64,000 bases of DNA from Myxococcota bacterium (GTDB lineage Bacteria; Myxococcota_A; UBA796; GCA-2862545), in contig JBCCQY010000025.1 of the NCBI GenBank assembly GCA_039208735.1, positions 11,829 to 75,828 of the forward strand, read 5' to 3'. The notes under the pieces are model-generated. The model saw only the letters and a list, made by a program, of their open reading frames with translations. It had not been told where the DNA came from and did not search any database. Below, one piece after another: positions 8,470-17,290 of the stretch. How positions within the stretch are numbered: position 1 is the stretch's first letter; each line of letters starts with the position of its first letter. The position numbers and the translations under genes are program-made.

Positions 8470-10039
8470 TCGAACGCGCGAGCGCATCGGTGGTGCCGTC
8501 CGGCCATTGCACCGTGAGCGATTGCACCTCGGTGGCTTCGCCTAAGCCAAAGTGGGCCTCGGCCGGGCCAGCACTGCCGAGGCTTGTGCCTCCCGCCCGG
8601 ATGGTACGTCGGAGTTCGGTTCCGTCAGGATGGAGAACGGTAATCACGGCGCCGATCGCTTCGTAGGAAGGCGCGAGTTCGACCACGAGGGTGTGGTTTG
8701 GACCGCACCGGGCCCAATCGACCCGAATGGGGCCTTCAAGGTCGCGCCGCACGACATCGAGCCAGCCATCTCGGTTGAGATCGACGGCCAGGATGCCTCG
8801 AGACGCGCCGCGATGCCCGAGGCCCCAGTCGATCAGGGCGAAGGTGCCATCGGCCTGCCCTTGGTAGGTTTGGTCGGGTTGTTCGAGGGCGTTGAGGGCG
8901 GAGGTGCCCCGCGGCGAGAAGGGCCCCACCGTGTCGAGGTGACCAAAGGCCACCAAGAGGTCGGCGATGCCATCGGCGTCGAGGTCTGCAAAGTCGGCGC
9001 CCCATCCCACCCAGGCGGGATCTGCGCCACCCGCAAGCAGGCCTGCCGCCGCCTGAGCTTCGATCCAGCGCGGCGCCGCCCCATCGACGGAGCGCGCGTA
9101 GACGAGCCGGTTCCACACCGGCATCACAAAGTCGTCCCAGCCATCGCCATTGACGTCGTGGGCCGCGACGCCCATTCCGGCCGCGGCGATGTGCAACCCC
9201 GAGTCGGGCGACAAGTCGAACGTGCCATCGGGTTGCTGACGCAGTGCGAGATTGGGCCGGTAGATCGGAAAGTCGTTGGCCAACAGCAGATCGAGCTGCC
9301 CGTCGTTGTCGAGGTGGGTCGGGGTGGCAACGAAGGTGTAGGCGGCGTGAGCGCCCTCGGGAAGGTCGGCCGTGTGGTCTTCGAATGGGCCAAGCTGGCC
9401 CGGGTTGGCGGGGCCTTGTAGCAAGATGCGAGTCGGATCGGCCGGGCCCTCGATGGCGGTGCGCCCATCGTCACCGGCCCGTACGGCGAGGTGACCGGCG
9501 ACAATTATGTCGAGGCGCCCATCGCGGTTGAGGTCGGCGAACGCGGCCCCTTGCCCATGGTGGGGCACTGCGACCAACGGATCGGTTGTGGCGATGAACT
9601 GGGCTTGGCCCTGGTTGATCAACAGGGCGTCGGGCGGGCCGAACCGCGTAATCCAGACGTCCAAGTCACCGTCGCGATCGACATCGGCGAGTGCCGTGGC
9701 CGAGGCCTCTCCTCCGAGGGCGGCGAGCTCGTCCGGCAACTCGAGGGCCGCAAAGGTGGGTTCAGACAGCGGACCGCTCTGCAGGTAAACCGAGAGTCGT
9801 TCGGGGCCTGGCACCACCAGATCCAACCGATCATCGCCGTCGACATCGCCCACTCCGATGCCGGCGCCCGCAAACCGGTGCGAAGCCGCTGCATCGCCCT
9901 CGAGAAAGGTGGTGTCGAAGCCAAGCTCGGTGGGAGCAAGGCATTCGAAGGTGCTGATCTCTTCGACGTTGAGGGGTTCGACCGTGGACCCACACGCCCA
10001 AAGTCCCCACAATCCCATCCATCGCCAGTCACGCTGCAT
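8426..10039 (-). CDS. CRTAC1-like FG-GAP repeat / ASPIC-UnbV protein, probable lipoprotein
   Basis: Repeated DxDxDG.LD motifs, C-terminal AHFGLG...V.WPDG, N-terminal LWAC lipobox-like. Confidence 0.85.
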   Translation of the reverse strand: MQRDWRWMGLWGLWACGSTVEPLNVEEISTFECLAPTELGFDTTFLEGDAAASHRFAGAGIGVGDVDGDDRLDLVVPGPERLSVYLQSGPLSEPTFAALELPDELAALGGEASATALADVDRDGDLDVWITRFGPPDALLINQGQAQFIATTDPLVAVPHHGQGAAFADLNRDGRLDIIVAGHLAVRAGDDGRTAIEGPADPTRILLQGPANPGQLGPFEDHTADLPEGAHAAYTFVATPTHLDNDGQLDLLLANDFPIYRPNLALRQQPDGTFDLSPDSGLHIAAAGMGVAAHDVNGDGWDDFVMPVWNRLVYARSVDGAAPRWIEAQAAAGLLAGGADPAWVGWGADFADLDADGIADLLVAFGHLDTVGPFSPRGTSALNALEQPDQTYQGQADGTFALIDWGLGHRGASRGILAVDLNRDGWLDVVRRDLEGPIRVDWARCGPNHTLVVELAPSYEAIGAVITVLHPDGTELRRTIRAGGTSLGSAGPAEAHFGLGEATEVQSLTVQWPDGTTDALARSISADRRIRLQRALP

Positions 10040-11717
10040 TCAGCAAAGCCCTCGCAGCTTCACGCGCCGCATCGCTTACCGTTCGACCTCCCAGCATACG
10101 CGCGAGTTCTTCGACCCGCGCGGCTCCTCGAATCGGAACGAGTTCGCTATGGGTGCGACCGTCTTCGATGCGCTTTTGAACACGGTAGTGCGTGTCGCCG
10201 AGGGCGGCAATCTGAGGCAGATGGGTGATGCACAGCACCTGGTGGTGCTCGGCGACCTGGCGCAATTTGTGGCCAATGGCTTCGGCGACCCCGCCACCAA
10301 CCCCGCTGTCGACCTCGTCGAAGACGTAGGTTCCGACGGGCCCCTGGCCGGCCAACACCCGCTTCGTAGCGAGGAGGGCTCGCGACAGTTCCCCTCCGCT
10401 CGCGATGCGGCCAAGAGGACGTGGAGGTTCCCCAGGGTTGGGGCTGATCAGCAGTTCGACCTGGTCGGCGCCCCTGGCGGACAGTCGCCCGCCATCGAAG
10501 ACCAGCGCCGCATCGCCAGGGTCTATTGGGGCTACGGAAACCTCGATTCGGGCCTGACCCATGCCGAGGTCGTGGAGTTCACGCCCGATTGCATCGGCGA
10601 GGTTTGAGGCGGCCTGCTCCCGCGCGGCGCGCAACTCGAGGGCGGCTTGAGCCGCATGGCCGAGCGCTTCTGCGACAGCAGCTTGTCGCTGTTCGAGCGA
10701 GAGATCGGCGGCATCGAGTTCGGCCAGCTCATGGGCGAGTGCTTCGCGCTTGGCAATCGCCGCATCGACATCGCCGCCAAACCGTTTGGCGAGCCGGCGC
10801 AGCTCCTGAAACCGCTCCTCGCGCATGGCCAGTTCTTCCGCATCGCCCGAGAGGCCTCGGGCATAGCGCCCCAGATCGTGGGCCGCGTCTTCGAGGTCGG
10901 CGAGCGCACCCTGCACCCGATTCGCGTAGACCGCCAATCCCTCGTCGTGGGTGGAGGCATGCGCCAAATCGCCTTGAAGCTCGGCCAGCTCGCTGCAAAT
11001 CGCTCGTTCGCGACCGTACAAGGCATGCTCGGCCTGGCTCGCGGCCCGCCGGAGCAGCTCGACATGACGCAGCCGTCCCAAGGCCTCTTCCAGCGCTTCG
11101 ATTTCGCCGGGCTTGGGGTCGACCCGTTCGAGTTCAGAGAGCTGAAACCGCAGCCACTCCTCTTGCTCACCACGCGCGGCGACCGCGCCGCGAAGCGAGA
11201 CGAGCCCATCATGAGCGTCTTTGAGCGCGTGGTAGGCCTGGCCCATTCGAGTGGTGAGTTCAGGAACCGCGGCCCACCGGTCGAGCGTTTCGAGATGGGT
11301 GGCCGGATCGACGAGGGTCTGGTGTTCGTGCTGCGACGAGATGTCGATGAGGCCTGCGGCGAGGGCGCGAAGCTGGGTGGCCGTGGTCAAGCGGCCGTTG
11401 ACGGTGGCCCGGCTGCGGCCCGACTGGACCACCCGGCGGATGACCAGTTCATCGTCTTGGGGAAACCCAAGCTCTTGCAGCCGTTGTTGGGCCTGAACAT
11501 CGTCGGCGACTTCGAAGAGGGCTTCGATCTCGGCCCGCTCAGCGCCCGCTCGCACCACATCGGGGCTCGCCCGGCCTCCGAGCACGAGCTTGAGCGCATG
11601 GATGAGCATGGACTTGCCGGCCCCGGTTTCGCCCGAGATGATCGTCAATCCTGACCCAAAAGCGATTTCGGCGCTGGCGACGATCGCAAAGTCGTTGATG
11701 CGGAGTGCAGTCAACAA
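10029..11717 (-). CDS. recN: DNA repair protein RecN
   Basis: GETGAGKS Walker A, IASGGELSR signature, FDEVDSGVGG, CITHLPQIAA, EELARMLGG. Confidence 0.97.
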   Translation of the reverse strand: MLTALRINDFAIVASAEIAFGSGLTIISGETGAGKSMLIHALKLVLGGRASPDVVRAGAERAEIEALFEVADDVQAQQRLQELGFPQDDELVIRRVVQSGRSRATVNGRLTTATQLRALAAGLIDISSQHEHQTLVDPATHLETLDRWAAVPELTTRMGQAYHALKDAHDGLVSLRGAVAARGEQEEWLRFQLSELERVDPKPGEIEALEEALGRLRHVELLRRAASQAEHALYGRERAICSELAELQGDLAHASTHDEGLAVYANRVQGALADLEDAAHDLGRYARGLSGDAEELAMREERFQELRRLAKRFGGDVDAAIAKREALAHELAELDAADLSLEQRQAAVAEALGHAAQAALELRAAREQAASNLADAIGRELHDLGMGQARIEVSVAPIDPGDAALVFDGGRLSARGADQVELLISPNPGEPPRPLGRIASGGELSRALLATKRVLAGQGPVGTYVFDEVDSGVGGGVAEAIGHKLRQVAEHHQVLCITHLPQIAALGDTHYRVQKRIEDGRTHSELVPIRGAARVEELARMLGGRTVSDAAREAARALLNAA

Positions 11718-11771
11718 GGCAGTTCCTCCAGCCTTCAGACGTCAACGGGTGTTCAGTAACGCCTGGAGCGG

Positions 11772-12317
11772 TCAGTCCTTGGCAGGGCGCAAGATTTGTG
11801 TGGGCGTGACGACAAGATCGACGCGCTGGTCACGGACATCGTGGGGAACGTCGTCGACGATCGCTTCATCCAGCGCAAGGCCGATGCTGAACACCTTGTT
11901 CGCGGCCAGGTAGCGGTCGTAGAACCCTCCGCCCCACCCAAGACGCCGACCCGATCCATCGAAGGCCAAGCCTGGCACCAACACGGCGTCGACCGGAATG
12001 GCAGGCCCCGACCCGGTCGGAATGCCGAACGCCCCCTCGACACGGGGTCCCGCGTCTTCGACCATAACCATCGTGTTGGCCTCGATTCTGGGGATGGCCC
12101 AACGAACGTGGGGCAGGGCCTCACGAGCGGGAGACGTCGGGATCTCACGGCGGATGGCCAGGTAGGTGGCCACGGTAGATGCCGTGGCCAAAGGGGGCAG
12201 CGTCGCAAGGTTTTCGGCAATGCTTCGGGCGGCCGCGCGGAGGATGTCTCGTGTGACCGCGGCTCGCATGCGGCGCATGCGACGTCGAAACGCAGTCTTC
12301 TGGGCGACAAGGTCCAT
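11772..12317 (-). CDS. ygfA: 5-formyltetrahydrofolate cyclo-ligase
   Basis: VPGLAFD.SG.RLGWGGGFYDRYL, HD.RVD.VVT. Confidence 0.92.
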   Translation of the reverse strand: MDLVAQKTAFRRRMRRMRAAVTRDILRAAARSIAENLATLPPLATASTVATYLAIRREIPTSPAREALPHVRWAIPRIEANTMVMVEDAGPRVEGAFGIPTGSGPAIPVDAVLVPGLAFDGSGRRLGWGGGFYDRYLAANKVFSIGLALDEAIVDDVPHDVRDQRVDLVVTPTQILRPAKD

Positions 12318-12453
12318 GGGCCGCTACGTACTCAGGTTCGCGGAGGTTGGGGTCACTTCCCTCGCTCCATTTCCGCAGAACCCAAACCGGTACTCGACGA
12401 TCGCCGTAGGTCCCTGGAGCGTATCCGTCCTTGACAACGAAATGCGCCCCACA
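12315..12453 (-). ncRNA. ssrS: Probable 6S RNA (short)
   Basis: Directly upstream of ygfA (established ssrS-ygfA synteny). Hand-folded rod: UGUGGGGCGC/GCGGCCCAUG terminal stem, central unpaired bubble, CGCUCCA/UGGAGCG and GGGACCUA/UGGGUUCU inner stems. Ends approximate. Confidence 0.6.
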
Positions 12454-12496
12454 GTCGGTCGTTCGTTCGATAGTTTGAGGAACGGAGGACAAGTGC

Positions 12497-12931
12497 ATGA
12501 AGTGGTGGTTGGCGTTGGCGGTGGCGTGCGTGGGCGATGATGACGTCGAGGACAAGACGACGCCCACCACACCGACACAGGCGGAGACCGGGACCTCGGG
12601 TTCAACCGGATCGACGGCGAGCACCGCAAGTACCGCGATGACGTCCGACACCGGCAAGACCGACGTTCCGACGGGGACCACCGGAGTTTCCGATACGGGC
12701 AGCGACGACACGGGCGTGGTGGCCGATGCCGATGCGGATACCGACGCCGATAGCGACTCCGATGCGGATTCGGACACCGACACGGACACCGATGCCGACA
12801 CGGACGCGGATGCCGATACGGACGCGGATGCCGATTCCGATTCCGATGCCGATGCGACACCCAGCGCGGACCGGCCCGCTGGACCCCCACCCGTTACGCC
12901 GCCCCAGTCGGCGCCCACGACCGCTCCGTAG
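12497..12931 (+). CDS. Low-complexity Thr/Asp-rich putative lipoprotein
   Basis: GGAGG RBS, short signal MKWWLALAVAC, Thr/Gly-rich region, (D-A/T/S)n tract, Pro-rich tail. Confidence 0.7.
   Translation: MKWWLALAVACVGDDDVEDKTTPTTPTQAETGTSGSTGSTASTASTAMTSDTGKTDVPTGTTGVSDTGSDDTGVVADADADTDADSDSDADSDTDTDTDADTDADADTDADADSDSDADATPSADRPAGPPPVTPPQSAPTTAP
12722..12859 (+). repeat. Degenerate hexanucleotide coding repeat encoding (Asp-Ala/Thr/Ser)n
   Basis: gccgat/gcggat/tccgat/acggac units in tandem; translates as ADADADTDADSDSDADSDTDTD... Confidence 0.9.
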
Positions 12932-12934
12932 CGC

Positions 12935-13621
12935 ATGGGGGCGCGCATTCTGCTCGTGGATGATGACGCGTCGCTACGCGAGGTCGTCCGGTATGCGTTG
13001 GACCGAGCGGGCTACGAGGTGATCGAGGCTGAGGACGGCCTGCGCGCTCTCGAACGATTCCCCGAGCAACCTGTCGATCTGGTGGTTCTCGACATCCTGA
13101 TGCCCGAGTTAGACGGGCTCGCCGTGTGTCAGAAACTGCGTCAAACTTCTGATGTGCCGATCGTGTTCCTCTCTTCGCGGGCCGAAGAGGTGGACCGCAT
13201 CTTGGGCCTCGAGATGGGAGGTGACGACTACATCAGCAAGCCGTTCTCGCCGCGCGAACTGGTGAGTCGGGTCAAGGCGGTGCTGCGGCGGACCCAACGG
13301 TCCGAGCCCGGTGAGCCAGCCGACGTGGTCGAGGCCGCAGGGATTCGGCTGGACGTCTCCGCCCATCGCGCGTTCGTTGGGACCTCGGAACTGACGCTCA
13401 CCGTCACCGAGTTTCGCATCGTCGAGGTGTTTGTGCGGCGCCCGGGACGGGTCTTTACGCGCGATGAGCTGGTCGAACGAGCGTACCCGGGCCCCCACCA
13501 CGTGTCGGATCGGACGCTCGACAGCCACATTCGACGGATCCGACAGAAGTTGCGGGAAGCCGGGCTCGATCCCATTACCACGGTGCATGGCCTTGGCTTC
13601 CGACTCGAGGAGGGCGCCTGA
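12935..13621 (+). CDS. OmpR/PhoB-family response regulator
   Basis: LVDDD, LDILMP, KPFSPREL, winged-helix RTLDSHIRRIRQKL, TVHGLGF. Confidence 0.95.
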   Translation: MGARILLVDDDASLREVVRYALDRAGYEVIEAEDGLRALERFPEQPVDLVVLDILMPELDGLAVCQKLRQTSDVPIVFLSSRAEEVDRILGLEMGGDDYISKPFSPRELVSRVKAVLRRTQRSEPGEPADVVEAAGIRLDVSAHRAFVGTSELTLTVTEFRIVEVFVRRPGRVFTRDELVERAYPGPHHVSDRTLDSHIRRIRQKLREAGLDPITTVHGLGFRLEEGA

Positions 13622-13635
13622 GCCACGAAGCCCGC

Positions 13636-15057
13636 GTGCCGGTGTTGCCACTGCGGGCCTGGCTTGCCTTGTCCCACCTCGCGGTGCTTTGCTTGCCGCT
13701 CGTTGTCGTCCTGCTGTCGGGCGCCTTGGGCCACGATCTCGTACAACAAACGCGGGAGGACGTGGAACACCAGGCAGATTTGGTGGCCATGGTTCTCGCG
13801 GCCGAGATGACCCTGGCCCGCCTCGACGACCCCGAGGCGACCTTGCAGAGCTGTGCCGATCGGCTGTCCGCGAAGCTTCGTGCGGCCAAGGCGTCGACGT
13901 TGGCGGGCTTCGAGCTGACCGATGTAAGTGGCGTGGTCACCGCCACCTCGGGCACGCAGCTTGGTCAGGATCTTTCGGACCGTCGCGAGGTCAAGATTGC
14001 GCTGCAAGGGCGTATGGGCAACATCATCCGGCCACGGGTGCCCCGAAGGGACATGCCGCTGTGGGGTCCAGGACGTCGGGCCAGGGTGTGGGTCTTTGTT
14101 GCGGTCCCCATCGTCGTAGAGGGCGAAACCCTGGGCGCGCTTGTCGTGTCGAGAACGCCCCGCGAGGAACTCCAAGCGCTCTACCGCATGGCTCCCCGCG
14201 CCATCTTGGCCGCAATGGGCGCACTCATCCTCACGATTGCCCTGGCGTTTGGCGCCGCTGTACTGGCGACTCGGTCGTTGCAAACCCTCGATGCGAGCGC
14301 GAACCGAATTGCGCGCGGTGATTTGGACGGCATGGCCGCGTTGGCTCGGCCGGAGTTGTCGCATGTGGCCGAGGTCGCAGGGGTGGCCCGCTCGGTTCGA
14401 CGAGCGGCGTTGCGCCTACGAGAACGGATCGACTACATCGGGGAGTTCGCAAGCAACGTGTCCCACGAGTTCAAGACCCCGTTGGCGACGTTGCGGGGCA
14501 CCGTCGAACTCATGGTCGATGAAGGTGCCGCGATGCCCGAAGCCCAGCAGCGTCGGTTCCTCGACAATGCGTCGCGGGAAATCGACCGGCTCGAGCGTCT
14601 GGTCACGGGACTCTTGGCGTTGGCCAGAGCCGATCAAGCCCGAGCCAACGAGCCGGTCGATTTCGGTGAGGTCGTTCGTCGCGTGGGGGAGCGCCTCGAT
14701 GTTGAGGTCGAGGGAGAAGCTGGCTGGGTCCGCGGCAGTGGTGTGCAGCTTGAAACGCTTCTCGAGAATCTGATTCGCAACGCACGGGAGCATGGCGGTG
14801 ACACGGTGCGCGTGCGGCTTCGAGGCTTCCACGAAGATGGGGGCACCGGCGTGATTGTGGCCGATGACGGCCGGGGGATTTCGGCCGCCAACCTGCCGCA
14901 GGTGTTCGACCGGTTCTTCACCACCCGACGCGATGACGGGGGAACGGGACTGGGGTTGGCCCTCGCCAAGGCCGTCGTGGTCCAGCATGGCGGCACGATC
15001 GAGGTCCACAGCCAGCCGGGCGACACCCGGTTTGTGGTGCGGCTCCCGGCCGTCTAA
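13636..15057 (+). CDS. Membrane sensor histidine kinase (HAMP-HisKA-HATPase)
   Basis: Two TM segments, SHEFKTPL H-box, NL..NA, DDGRGI, FDRFFT, GTGLGL. Confidence 0.93.
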   Translation: MPVLPLRAWLALSHLAVLCLPLVVVLLSGALGHDLVQQTREDVEHQADLVAMVLAAEMTLARLDDPEATLQSCADRLSAKLRAAKASTLAGFELTDVSGVVTATSGTQLGQDLSDRREVKIALQGRMGNIIRPRVPRRDMPLWGPGRRARVWVFVAVPIVVEGETLGALVVSRTPREELQALYRMAPRAILAAMGALILTIALAFGAAVLATRSLQTLDASANRIARGDLDGMAALARPELSHVAEVAGVARSVRRAALRLRERIDYIGEFASNVSHEFKTPLATLRGTVELMVDEGAAMPEAQQRRFLDNASREIDRLERLVTGLLALARADQARANEPVDFGEVVRRVGERLDVEVEGEAGWVRGSGVQLETLLENLIRNAREHGGDTVRVRLRGFHEDGGTGVIVADDGRGISAANLPQVFDRFFTTRRDDGGTGLGLALAKAVVVQHGGTIEVHSQPGDTRFVVRLPAV

Positions 15058-15659
15058 AGGCGGAGCAGCCCGAGGCGCACGGCTCGAACCACGGCGTCGG
15101 TGCGTCCGCTAGCGTCGAGCTTCACGAGAATGCGGTCGACGTGGAACTTGGCGGTGTGGGGCGAAATATCGAGCGCTAGGGCAATCTCGCGGTTGCTTCG
15201 TCCTTCGGCAAGCAATTCGAGGACCTCGGTCTCCCGAGGGGTGAGGGGCTCAACCTCTTCTTGGCCTGGGGGGGGCGCGGCTCGAAGTAGACCTTCGAAG
15301 CGTGGATCTACCACCTGTAGCCCGCTGCGGACCGCGATCAGTGCGGCGGTGAGTACGTCGGATTCAACCTCGCGGTGCAACACCCCTGCGGCACCGGCCC
15401 CGAGGGCCTGGGCGGCCCGGTCCGCGTCCCGTGCGAGCACCACTGCCGGCACCCCGACTTCGAGGCGCCGTGGATCCTTGATGGGCTCCTCGGCGTCCCA
15501 CAACAGGGCCTCCACGCCGTTTGTCGCCACCAACGGCACCAGATCGACATCGGTGGCGACCGCACGGACCACCTCGATCTCGTGGGGCAACAACGCAGCG
15601 AGGCCACCCCGGACCAGGGGGTCGTCCGCGACGAGAACGACGGACAGCTCCGTGATCAT
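15054..15659 (-). CDS. NarL/LuxR-family regulator with atypical receiver
   Basis: LTPRETEVLELLAEGRSNREIA..L.IS.HT.KFHV HTH; receiver-like N-terminus. Confidence 0.9.
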   Translation of the reverse strand: MITELSVVLVADDPLVRGGLAALLPHEIEVVRAVATDVDLVPLVATNGVEALLWDAEEPIKDPRRLEVGVPAVVLARDADRAAQALGAGAAGVLHREVESDVLTAALIAVRSGLQVVDPRFEGLLRAAPPPGQEEVEPLTPRETEVLELLAEGRSNREIALALDISPHTAKFHVDRILVKLDASGRTDAVVRAVRLGLLRL

Positions 15660-15666
15660 GGGTGGA

Positions 15667-16335
15667 TCACGGCTGTGGAGCGCCCGAGCGAAGCCGAACC
15701 GGCATCCACCGGACGCCCGGCTGTCCGGTCAGCGAAGGAATGCGAGAGAACCGCATTTCAGAGACAAAGCTCTGGTATTCTTCGTCACCCAGTACGTCGG
15801 CGATGCGTTTGGCCTGCGCTTGGCGGTACTGGGCGACGTCGCGGCGTGCATTCGCCCATTCCCGAGGGTCCTGGATGCCGCTGAGTCGTGACTCAGCGCC
15901 ATCGAGCGTTTCGACGAGCAGGTGGCGTACCCGCTCGGTGGTGTCGGAATCCCACCCGCGCTCATTCGACAGCTCATCGAGGCGGGCTTCCATCTGATCC
16001 CGCCGGTCTTCCGGCTCGGAGCCGAGCGCGGTCGGAGGCTTGAACACACCCGGCGCGGCGGCGAATTCCCGCTTCAGCGCGCGTACCCGTGGGGCGCCCG
16101 GCGGTGCGTTGACCGACCGTGGAGCGAGGGGCTCGCCCTTGACGGCGTCCGCACGCGGAGGGAGCGGCGACCGAATGCGCTTGGGAGCTTCGCGGGCGAC
16201 TTTGGGCGTCGCCTGGGTTGACGCTACCGAAGGGCCAGTATCGAAGCGGAAGACCATCGACGCGACGCCCATGGCGACCACGGCGAGCCCCACCAGGACT
16301 GCCAACCACGTCCAACGTCCGATATTGAGAGGCAT
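15667..16335 (-). CDS. Hypothetical protein with N-terminal membrane anchor
   Basis: Hydrophobic N-terminus, Pro-rich linker, helical C-terminal region. Confidence 0.6.
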   Translation of the reverse strand: MPLNIGRWTWLAVLVGLAVVAMGVASMVFRFDTGPSVASTQATPKVAREAPKRIRSPLPPRADAVKGEPLAPRSVNAPPGAPRVRALKREFAAAPGVFKPPTALGSEPEDRRDQMEARLDELSNERGWDSDTTERVRHLLVETLDGAESRLSGIQDPREWANARRDVAQYRQAQAKRIADVLGDEEYQSFVSEMRFSRIPSLTGQPGVRWMPVRLRSGAPQP

Positions 16336-16372
16336 GGCGCACTTTAACGCGCCGTTCGCAGGAGGAGGCGGC

Positions 16373-17287
16373 GTGCCCGAGTACCCGGACGTGGTCGTCT
16401 ACATCGAGCGGTTGCAGGCGCTCGTTCAAGGTCAGCCGTTGGAGGCGATTCGCCTTGGAAATCCGTTTGTGCTGCGCACCGTCGTGCCTCCGCTTTCGGT
16501 ACTCGCCGGCCAGGAGGTGCTCGAAATCCGCCGCATGGGCAAGCGCATCGTCTTTGGATTCCCCGAATCTAGGTTTCTCGTCATTCACCTGATGATCGCG
16601 GGCCGTCTGCGAATGAAGAAAAAGGGGGCCAGTCAACGAGGCCGAGACGTCCTTGCGGTGTTCGACTTTCCCAAGGCAAGCCTCGTGTTCACCGAAGCAA
16701 GCAAGAAAAAGCGGGCCTCCATTCACCTGGTGGAGGGCGAAGAGGCGCTGACGCCCTTCGACCGAGGTGGGCTCGAGGTGTTCGACATCGACCTGGTGAC
16801 GTTCACCGAGCGGTTGCGGGCCCGTCGGCACACCCTCAAGCGGGCGCTCACCGACCCTCGGATCTTCAGTGGCATCGGCAATGCCTACTCGGATGAGATC
16901 CTTTGGCGCGCCAAGCTTTCGCCCATCAAGCTCACCACCTCGGTGACGGACGAAGAGGCGGAGACCCTCCTTGAGGCGATTCGCACCGAGTTGACCGCGT
17001 GGACCGACCGCTTTCGAGACGAGGTGGGTGACGGATTCCCCGACAAGGTCACGGCGTTTCGCGAAGAGATGGCCATGCACGGTAAGTTTCGCAAGCCCTG
17101 TCCTCGTTGTGGAGACCCGGTCCAACGAATCGTGCATGCCGAGAACGAGAGCAACTACTGTGCGACATGCCAGACCAACGGACGCCTGCTCGCAGACCGA
17201 GCCCTGTCGCGGTTGCTCAAGTCGGATTGGCCGCGAACCCTATCCGAACTCGAAGAGCGCCTCGGGACCGACGACAAATCGGATTGA
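16373..17287 (+). CDS. Fpg/Nei-family DNA glycosylase/AP lyase
   Basis: GGAGGAGG RBS, GTG then PEYPDV catalytic N-terminus, GKR, GIGNAYSDEIL, CPRC...CATCQ zinc finger. Confidence 0.93.
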   Translation: MPEYPDVVVYIERLQALVQGQPLEAIRLGNPFVLRTVVPPLSVLAGQEVLEIRRMGKRIVFGFPESRFLVIHLMIAGRLRMKKKGASQRGRDVLAVFDFPKASLVFTEASKKKRASIHLVEGEEALTPFDRGGLEVFDIDLVTFTERLRARRHTLKRALTDPRIFSGIGNAYSDEILWRAKLSPIKLTTSVTDEEAETLLEAIRTELTAWTDRFRDEVGDGFPDKVTAFREEMAMHGKFRKPCPRCGDPVQRIVHAENESNYCATCQTNGRLLADRALSRLLKSDWPRTLSELEERLGTDDKSD

Positions 17288-17290
17288 AGG

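Noticed and set aside
12722..12859. CRISPR array or satellite
   Set aside because: Degenerate 6-nt units in frame within a CDS; no constant repeats with unique spacers and no cas genes.
12929..12937. In-frame TAG-CGC-ATG suggesting readthrough fusing the lipoprotein to the response regulator
   Set aside because: One-in-three chance of being in frame, and exporting a DNA-binding regulator makes no sense; no recoding signal evident.
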